64,000 nt of DNA, from NCBI GenBank assembly GCA_947074105.1, contig CAMTON010000004.1, positions 2,683-66,682 of the forward strand, in the 5' to 3' direction. This DNA comes from an uncultured Bacteroidales bacterium (GTDB lineage Bacteria; Bacteroidota; Bacteroidia; Bacteroidales; JAUNSR01). This document shows positions 57,329 through 64,000 of the stretch, piece after piece (position 1 is the stretch's first letter; every line of letters begins with the position of its first letter). The position numbers were made by a program, and so were the translations under genes. The notes under the pieces were generated by a model. The model had not been told where the DNA came from, did no database searches, and worked only from the letters and a program-made list of their open reading frames with translations.

Positions 57329-59662
57329 TTATTTATTTTCATAAACGAAAATCTGATCAAGAACACAACCTTCATCAAGAGCCTTTATTCTGATAATATT
57401 GTTTCCGCTCAGAGACGGGAATGTCAGACGCCTTATTGCCTGATTCCTGAGAACATTAAGTTTCCATTCCTCACTTCTTCCTTTGGTTTCATAATTTATT
57501 ATCTCTTCTTTTTCATTGTTGTAAGAGATAGTAACACTAAGGCTTTCACCGTTTACGGGATGAGAGGGAAGAAATCTCAATTCCACCGTTACAGAATCAC
57601 ATTCTTTGTTTTCAAAACTATATTCTGCCGTTTTCCCTTTTTTTATCAACGCTGCTTTCCCTTCATACCCCAGAGATTCGCAAGCCGAAATATTGTTCCC
57701 CGAGGCATCCGCACCATTAAACTTTATAATAACATTTTCATCATTCGACAAAGATCCGGTAGAAAGATCTGTATCTATCCTGTTGAAAACAGGCAGACGT
57801 CGAGGGCGGAAGTCCATTATTCCTTCCCATTTTTCATTATTATAAATATCTGTCAGGCGGATAATATTTTCATAAGCGATATTACTTTTATCTGCGTCTG
57901 CTTTGCCGTGTCGGGCAAGCTGGGCATAAAGTAATTTATTGTTCATCTCCGCAGCTGCAAGAACCGGATATCTTACCAGCTGATAATAAGCACCTCTTCT
58001 CAATGGAGAGATCTTTTCGTTTATTTTATCAACAGTATCTGATATATCACTATAATCATTCAATCTGCATCTGATATATTCTTCACTCCATTCTAAATCA
58101 GAAACGATCTTATATTTCGGATCCTGTTCCTCAACACGGGTATTACCCAGGAATTCCGGTTTTCGTATATATGACAAACGATAATGTTCCTCCATTACGG
58201 GTAAAAGTTCTTTTCCGGCACTTTCTCCGAATTCTCTTGAAAGGAAATTTTCAAGATGCTTCTTAACTCCTTTTTCCCGAGTTCCCTCTATATCCCATGC
58301 CAGATCAAGAAACAATTCAGTCTGATATTCACACGGTTTGATATCTCCCACATTAAGAATCCACATTTTCTGTATTCCTTTATCATAAGCTAGATTCATC
58401 TGCTGATAAATCAATGCGGGGCTAGTTGTTCCTATCCACAAATAATCATGGGGGCGTCCCCAATAAGAGGTGTGGAAATATACTCCGTTACCACCTTTTC
58501 TCGCTTTTTCCGCTTCTGTAGGAAAATGACGTATATAACCGTAATTATCGTCACACCACATAAGAGTCACATCTTCAGGCACATCGAGCCCCTGGTTATA
58601 TATGTCAAGCACTTCCTTATAAGGAATAAAAGTCTGTGGCACTGATTCTACATCATCGCTTACATGCTTTTTTATCAGATTGCGCTGATCTTCGATTACA
58701 CGAATCAACACGTTCTTTTGTTCCTCGAGAGTTTTTGCGCCCTGCATCTTTCCGTCATGCACTCCGCGCATACCAAGAGTATATATATTATTCTGTCCGG
58801 AAACATCTTTTACACGGTCTTCCCAGAATCTGTAAACCTCACCACTGTTATTCACATAATCATAATGACCGTTGCCTCTTACGTTCCATTCTCCGGCAGC
58901 ATTACATACCATAGGTTCGCAGTGAGACGAACCGATATAGATTCCGTATTTTCCTGCAGCTTCCTTATTTCCCTCCGAAAGGAAAAAGGGTTTTGTTACC
59001 TCGTGCATCGCAGGCCAGCAAGTGTTGGCACGCAGACGCAGCATAAGTTCAAATATCTTTTCATAAGTGCGTGGCCCGAAATCACTTTTATCAGACGAAG
59101 GCTCATAGTTTCTGTTGCTCCAGGGCAGGATTCCCCAGTCTTCATCATTGATGAAAATACCACGATATTCAACAGACGGGCTGTGAGTTGCTGTAAAATC
59201 TGATTTCAGTCTGAATATATCTTTCTTTTCGGCAGTAACATCTGCCCACCATTCCCACGGTGAAACATCAAGAAGTCTTGTAAGCTCGATAATTCCGTAT
59301 GCTGTTCCGTGAGAATCAGATCCAAGAATCACTAATCTGCCTTTTTTGTCAATATAAATGCTGTAGGCCTGTTTTTTGTCAGGTAAGGAAGCAACGTTAA
59401 TATTTAATTTTTCCGGAATATCTGTTCTTCCGATTGTTGCTATAACTATTTCCGACTTCTTAGAGGAAGAAAAATCGGTTATTTCCAATACTGTATTAAG
59501 ATCGTTTTTTAATATCTCTACAGCTGTATTCACAACTTCCTCTTCTTTTGCCGTATCACAGATAATGGAAAGAGGTTGACCTTGTTTTAACGTAAAATCT
59601 TTTTTTGCATAGAGAGGAGTGGATCCCAAAATAAGAATTATGGGTAGTGCTGATAATTTCAT
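57329..59662 (-). CDS. GH115-family xylan alpha-glucuronidase, secreted
   Basis: 777 aa with a signal peptide and motif YRGIFINDEDWG. Overall it resembles Bacteroides GH115 enzymes. Confidence 0.8.
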   Translation of the reverse strand: MKLSALPIILILGSTPLYAKKDFTLKQGQPLSIICDTAKEEEVVNTAVEILKNDLNTVLEITDFSSSKKSEIVIATIGRTDIPEKLNINVASLPDKKQAYSIYIDKKGRLVILGSDSHGTAYGIIELTRLLDVSPWEWWADVTAEKKDIFRLKSDFTATHSPSVEYRGIFINDEDWGILPWSNRNYEPSSDKSDFGPRTYEKIFELMLRLRANTCWPAMHEVTKPFFLSEGNKEAAGKYGIYIGSSHCEPMVCNAAGEWNVRGNGHYDYVNNSGEVYRFWEDRVKDVSGQNNIYTLGMRGVHDGKMQGAKTLEEQKNVLIRVIEDQRNLIKKHVSDDVESVPQTFIPYKEVLDIYNQGLDVPEDVTLMWCDDNYGYIRHFPTEAEKARKGGNGVYFHTSYWGRPHDYLWIGTTSPALIYQQMNLAYDKGIQKMWILNVGDIKPCEYQTELFLDLAWDIEGTREKGVKKHLENFLSREFGESAGKELLPVMEEHYRLSYIRKPEFLGNTRVEEQDPKYKIVSDLEWSEEYIRCRLNDYSDISDTVDKINEKISPLRRGAYYQLVRYPVLAAAEMNNKLLYAQLARHGKADADKSNIAYENIIRLTDIYNNEKWEGIMDFRPRRLPVFNRIDTDLSTGSLSNDENVIIKFNGADASGNNISACESLGYEGKAALIKKGKTAEYSFENKECDSVTVELRFLPSHPVNGESLSVTISYNNEKEEIINYETKGRSEEWKLNVLRNQAIRRLTFPSLSGNNIIRIKALDEGCVLDQIFVYENK

Positions 59663-59699
59663 AAATATAAAAATGTGTTTCCGGTAATATGATATATTT

Positions 59700-59707
59700 C
59701 AAATATA
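59700..59707 (-). promoter_or_regulatory. Bacteroidota -7 box (TATATTTG) for the GH115 gene
   Basis: TAnnTTTG match on the minus strand, 38 nt upstream of the ATG at 59662. Confidence 0.4.
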
Positions 59708-59750
59708 AGAAATTAAAGCGAAATCAGAAGCTCTGAACCAATTTTATGAT

Positions 59751-59898
59751 CCCCGTTAGGAATGTGAAAGTCTTCCGCAAGGCGACAGTCCGTCTTCCGG
59801 GGAGATGTCTGTAGTATTGCTGCCGGTACCCCCGAGGATACCGTAATGAGTTCGAAATGACTATCTCCGGGAGTCTTTGAAGTGTCGGAGAATGGCAG
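59751..59898. ncRNA. Candidate structured RNA or regulatory element (second GC-rich multi-hairpin island); strand and class unresolved
   Basis: Helices: CCCCG (59751-55) with CGGGG (59798-802); CTGCC (59820-24) with GGCAG (59894-98), enclosing hairpin GGTACC-cccga-GGaTACC (59825-42) and hairpin TCTCCG (59864-69) with CGGAGA (59886-91). The direct repeat GTCTTCCG occurs at 59770-77 and 59792-99. Confidence 0.3.
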
Positions 59899-60080
59899 AA
59901 ATATAATTAATAAAGAAAATAAATAAGAATTATGTTAAAAATTAGACTAAAAAACACGATGTGTTAAACTTACGGATGAAATATTACGTTTAATTGTCAT
60001 ATCTAATAAGAATTAGTATATTCACTTTCGGCAGATGTTAAAAGTCGGCCGGCTCTATATATTATTAAATCTATACCGGA

Positions 60081-62165
60081 ATGTTACCACAAGTCAATAA
60101 TGAAGAGCGCAGCTTTTTTAAAAGGGACATAAGCTGGCTTTCATTTAACTATCGCGTATTAATGGAGGCAAAAGATGAATCTTTGCCGCTTTTCGAACGC
60201 ATTAAATTTCTATCCATCTACTCTTCAAATCTTGAAGAGTTTTATCGCATACGCGTGTCCGAACATCTTAATATCCTTACCGATATAAAAGCGACAGCAC
60301 AGGAACGGGAATATGCTATCGAAACTCTTAATAATATACATTGCGAAGTCGGACGACAGCTTAATGAATTCGACAATTTCTTTAAAAATGAGATACGAAA
60401 AGAGATGGTGCGCCACCGCATCATTCTTTATGAGGGAACAAATGTTGAAGAACCTCATAAGGAGTTCATACGTACATATTTCATAGAGGAGGTTTTCCCT
60501 TATCTTGAGCCTATGATCATTCTTCCCGGAATGATTAACTCTTTTATACGCGACAACCGGCTTTATATGATAGTCGGTGTCAGAGAGAAAAAAGGAGTAG
60601 CAGGACAGGAGCCTCATTGTCATTACTTTATAATGAAAGTTCCCTATACCAAGATTCCCCGTTTTGTGGAACTTCCGCAGATTGACAATTATTATTATCT
60701 GATGTTTGTGGAGGATATAATTAAAATGAATCTTGACTATATATTCAAAGGTTATGATATTGATGGCGGCTTTACGTTCCGTGTATCGCGTGACGCCGAT
60801 TTTATGATTCCTCTTGAAAACCGACAGAACATAGTCGAGGAGATAAGGAAGAAAGTAAGGAAAAGAAAGATCGGCGATGCCAACCGTATCGTTTATGACG
60901 CGATGATGCCGGAATGTTATCTTGATTTTCTTTGTGAAGCCTTTAGTTTTTCTCACGACAGATGTATTTCCGAAGGCTCACATCTTAATCTTGAAGATCT
61001 TATAAAACTTCCAAATCCGATAGGAGCTACCCTTACCGAACCTGTGATATATCCTTTAAGAATCCGTGATTTCGATAATTCGGTTTCTATATTTAAGGTC
61101 GTTAAGAAGAAAGATATGCTTCTTCAGTTCCCTTATCAGTCGTTTGAATATGTGATACGTTTTCTTAATGATGCTGCTTTTGATCCGGGAGTGGAGGAGA
61201 TCAAACTTACGCAATATCGTGTCGCGGAGAATTCCGATGTTATAAATTCGCTTATCAGTGCGGCGAGAAACGGAAAGAATGTTACTGTTTTCGTAGAGCT
61301 TAAAGCAAGGTTTGATGAGGAAAACAACTTTGCTAATGCCGAAAAGATGAGAAAGGCCGGGATAAAAATCATATATTCGCTGCCCGGACTTAAGGTACAT
61401 TCAAAGATGATCCTTGTATTACGTAAACAGGAAGAATACGGTTTTTCAAAAAGTTACGCATGTCTAAGTACAGGTAATTTTAATGAAAAGACTGCACGGC
61501 TTTACTCCGACCTTATGATAATAACTCAGAACAACGATATCATATCTGAAGTTGCCACACTTTTTGAAATTCTTGAAACAGGAATCCGAAGTGCATCTTT
61601 CAGACATATTCTGGTATCACAGTTTAACATGGTAGATAATGTGAGAGCTATGGTAAACCGTGAGATTGATAACGTAAGAGCCGGAAAAAAGGGTCGTATA
61701 ATACTAAAAATGAACGGCATCCATGATCAGCAGATGATCGATATGCTTTATGATGCTAGTATCGCAGGTGTGGAGATTGATCTTATAGTAAGAGGAATCT
61801 GCTGCCTCGTGCCTAATAAATCGTATAGTAAGAATATAAAAGTTACCCGAATAGTGGATTCTTATCTTGAACATTCCCGTGTGTGGTATTTCTATGCCGA
61901 CGGCAGAGAGGATCTTTATATAACTTCTGCCGACTGGATGAAACGCAATCTTAACAGAAGGGTTGAGACAGCTTTTCCTGTTTATGATACCGAAATTAAA
62001 AGAGAGATAATGAACGGACTTATGATTCAGCTTTCAGATAATGTAAAAGCATGCTGGATTGATGAGAATATGTCGAATATCTATAAGAAGGACGGTCGTT
62101 TTTCAAATCCCGTACGTGCGCAGCGTATGATTTATGAAAATCTTAAAAATAACCATCATCCGTAA
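60081..62165 (+). CDS. ppk1: Polyphosphate kinase 1
   Basis: 694 aa. N-terminal FFKRDISWLSFNYRVL…NLEEFYRIRV, and two PLD-like HKD regions (KVHSKMILV, LEHSRVWYF). Confidence 0.95.
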   Translation: MLPQVNNEERSFFKRDISWLSFNYRVLMEAKDESLPLFERIKFLSIYSSNLEEFYRIRVSEHLNILTDIKATAQEREYAIETLNNIHCEVGRQLNEFDNFFKNEIRKEMVRHRIILYEGTNVEEPHKEFIRTYFIEEVFPYLEPMIILPGMINSFIRDNRLYMIVGVREKKGVAGQEPHCHYFIMKVPYTKIPRFVELPQIDNYYYLMFVEDIIKMNLDYIFKGYDIDGGFTFRVSRDADFMIPLENRQNIVEEIRKKVRKRKIGDANRIVYDAMMPECYLDFLCEAFSFSHDRCISEGSHLNLEDLIKLPNPIGATLTEPVIYPLRIRDFDNSVSIFKVVKKKDMLLQFPYQSFEYVIRFLNDAAFDPGVEEIKLTQYRVAENSDVINSLISAARNGKNVTVFVELKARFDEENNFANAEKMRKAGIKIIYSLPGLKVHSKMILVLRKQEEYGFSKSYACLSTGNFNEKTARLYSDLMIITQNNDIISEVATLFEILETGIRSASFRHILVSQFNMVDNVRAMVNREIDNVRAGKKGRIILKMNGIHDQQMIDMLYDASIAGVEIDLIVRGICCLVPNKSYSKNIKVTRIVDSYLEHSRVWYFYADGREDLYITSADWMKRNLNRRVETAFPVYDTEIKREIMNGLMIQLSDNVKACWIDENMSNIYKKDGRFSNPVRAQRMIYENLKNNHHP

Positions 62166-62312
62166 CTGATATATATTATTTATGTGCGATTCTGCACCTG
62201 TTTTGTGCGAAAATGAACCTGATAATGATTGGTTTGTAAATTCATTATGTTGATTTTAAGGTGATTAAACCTATGGCACAGTTTTTGCGCTTTATGGTTT
62301 AAAATTCATAAT

Positions 62313-64000
62313 ATGATAAAACATTATTTTATCTCTGCTTTCAGAAATATTTTTAAAAACAGAGTCTCCGCAATCATAGCGATTCTTGGTCTTGTAGCCG
62401 GGATCGTTTGTTTCTCTTTCTGTACTTATCATTATCGTAATCTTTATTCATTGAATAAAGGTTATAAAGATTCGGAAAGACTTGTCAGTTTTTCAACTCT
62501 TTATGATGATGGAGGAAAAATAGGATATGTGCATACCGGTCTGGCTCATGATCTTAGAAAGTATGACCTTAATGAAATAGAAAATATAACAGTTATAGAT
62601 CATTATGAGACATTAAATTTTAAAATCGAAAGAGATAACGATTCACCTTTTTATTCAAATATAAATTGTCATTGTGCGGATACTGCCGTAACAGATGTCC
62701 TTGGAATTGATATACTAGCGGGAGATATAAATAATGCGAAGAAAATGCCAAACTCGGCATTGATAACTAAAAGCGTTTCCGATAAAATCTTCGGACAAGA
62801 AAGTCCGATAGGTAAAACGATATTTGTTGCCGGATATCCTTTCCATGTAACAATTAACGGTATAATAAACGATTTCCCTGATAACATAAGTTTACCGGGG
62901 GGAAAACCGGAAATGCTTCTTTTGTCTTATGAGTGGGGACGAATTAATCCGGATGACTTTTATTCTATTATCGGAGCAACAGGTATCGCCAAATTGAAAC
63001 CCGGATTTAAAAAGAATGATCTTAATCGACGGCTATCAGAAGTCAAATTTACTTTTGACTTTGGGGATAGCAAAAAAACAGTTTTATCAGAATCCTATGC
63101 AACTCCGAAAAAAGAAAGTGTAATAACCACATTATTGACTTTTATATGTGCCTTAGGCTTATTCGTGTTGATCTCGGCTATAGTCAATTATTTTATTTTT
63201 ATTATCGGAATTTCAAAAAACAGGAGTACTGAATATGCTTTAAGAAATATTCTCGGAAGCAGTAAGAGTTCTCTTTTCATATTATTATTCATTGAGATTT
63301 TTATCACTCTTGCCATAACATGGGGAATCACAATGATAATTACGGAATTGACAGGAAATGAGTTTGACAGCTCTTTTAATAAAGGCCGGCTTAATATGAT
63401 AATTGACAAATCAGTCCTTATAAAACAGCAATGTGAGTATTTTATATATGCTTTAATTCTTTCGGTTCCTGTTCTGGGAATAATATCAGGACGAATATCC
63501 AAAACCAACTTTCAGAAGATTAAAACAAATAATAACAATTATTTCAGAAACATCATACTTACTCTTCAGTTTGTGATATGTTTTCTGTTTCTTAGCGGTG
63601 CTTCGATTTTATATTTTCAGTCGCAGATAATTGAAAGCCGTATATTGACAAACTTCACAGAAAGTGAAAAAGATAGAATTTACTTTATTAATAGCAATAT
63701 AAACGGATTAAAAGAGAATGCTGATGAATTGAAATTTAAATTACAAAATACTTCTTTTGTTGAAGATATCCTGTCAATTACATATCCGCTTAGTTCACAT
63801 CTTTATTCTTCATTTACTATAAATGAAGAATCTAAAATATGTGGTGTACGAAATGCTTCTTCTAATTTCAGGGAATTTGCCAATTTGCAATTAAAGGAAC
63901 AAAGATCTGTCGCAGAATCAAATTCCGCTTTGGTTCTTATTTCTCCTGAACATCAGGAAAATGAGTTTCCTGATGATATCTATCATTATCAATCAGAGAC
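62313..64000 (+). CDS. FtsX/MacB-type ABC transporter permease (3' end lies outside the window)
   Basis: I translated this by hand. The frame is open from the ATG at 62313 to base 64000 with no stop, so it is absent from the ORF track. MIKHYFISAFRNIFKNRVSAIIAILGLVAGIV… is the typical N-terminus of Bacteroidota FtsX-like permeases: a periplasmic MacB-like domain, then an FtsX TM block (…LGLFVLISAIVNYFIF…). Confidence 0.8.
   Translation, partial: MIKHYFISAFRNIFKNRVSAIIAILGLVAGIVCFSFCTYHYRNLYSLNKGYKDSERLVSFSTLYDDGGKIGYVHTGLAHDLRKYDLNEIENITVIDHYETLNFKIERDNDSPFYSNINCHCADTAVTDVLGIDILAGDINNAKKMPNSALITKSVSDKIFGQESPIGKTIFVAGYPFHVTINGIINDFPDNISLPGGKPEMLLLSYEWGRINPDDFYSIIGATGIAKLKPGFKKNDLNRRLSEVKFTFDFGDSKKTVLSESYATPKKESVITTLLTFICALGLFVLISAIVNYFIFIIGISKNRSTEYALRNILGSSKSSLFILLFIEIFITLAITWGITMIITELTGNEFDSSFNKGRLNMIIDKSVLIKQQCEYFIYALILSVPVLGIISGRISKTNFQKIKTNNNNYFRNIILTLQFVICFLFLSGASILYFQSQIIESRILTNFTESEKDRIYFINSNINGLKENADELKFKLQNTSFVEDILSITYPLSSHLYSSFTINEESKICGVRNASSNFREFANLQLKEQRSVAESNSALVLISPEHQENEFPDDIYHYQSE

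Noticed and set aside
57308-59203. Plus-strand ORFs of 208 aa (57308-57934), 92 aa and 179 aa (58664-59203) inside the GH115 gene.
   Set aside because: They are antisense to a 777-aa gene with clear GH115 motifs. The sequences are Phe/Ile/Arg-rich with no domain signatures.
59844-59863. A GAGTTCGAAAT string resembling a tRNA T-loop.
   Set aside because: No acceptor, D or anticodon arms can be drawn around it. The flanking helices fit a different (junction-type) fold, so I do not call it a tRNA.
60225-60956. A 243-aa ORF on the minus strand inside ppk1.
   Set aside because: It is entirely antisense to a confidently identified ppk1 gene. Its composition is low-complexity and rich in Ile, Lys, Phe and Tyr, as expected from AT-rich antisense frames, and it has no recognisable motifs.

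Overview
This is an AT-rich chromosomal segment with clear Bacteroidota (Bacteroidales-like) hallmarks. TAnnTTTG-type -7 promoter boxes sit upstream of many starts, and Shine-Dalgarno signal is weak. Many proteins are lipoproteins with a Cys lipobox. There is a TonB-dependent receptor and several glycoside hydrolases (GH97, GH51, GH115, GH32-like, GH144-like).

I make 48 CDS calls, one of them doubtful, and two are cut by the window edges. The last gene, an FtsX-type permease starting at 62313, is absent from the supplied ORF track because it has no stop inside the window.

Most of the content is housekeeping: fmt, rsmG, tsaC, lgt, glmM, maeB, ppk1, two ABC-F ATPases, dsbD, a nrnA-like gene and peptidases. 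Interleaved with these are xylose/hemicellulose genes (NrtR-like regulator-xylB-xylA, GH51, GH115) and an oxidative-stress module (perR plus a reverse-type rubrerythrin with a perfect palindromic operator).

I see no rRNA or tRNA genes, CRISPR array, transposase or integrase, prophage, or recognisable defence system. I therefore do not think this window holds a novel multi-gene system.

The items most worth a second look are:
- Two GC-rich, multi-hairpin intergenic islands (about 4075-4190, upstream of a split CHR-family transporter pair, and about 59751-59898, upstream of ppk1) that share a near-identical hairpin (TACC-N-CCCGAGG-TA).
- A degenerate tandem array with a 22-nt period upstream of fmt.
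- A GH32-fold lipoprotein in which two of the three canonical catalytic positions are substituted (predicted pseudo-enzyme), next to an MFS transporter.
- Several operator-like repeats and palindromes, and a terminator-like hairpin in the corA leader.

All family assignments rest on motifs I recognise by eye in the translated ORFs. No database search was possible.
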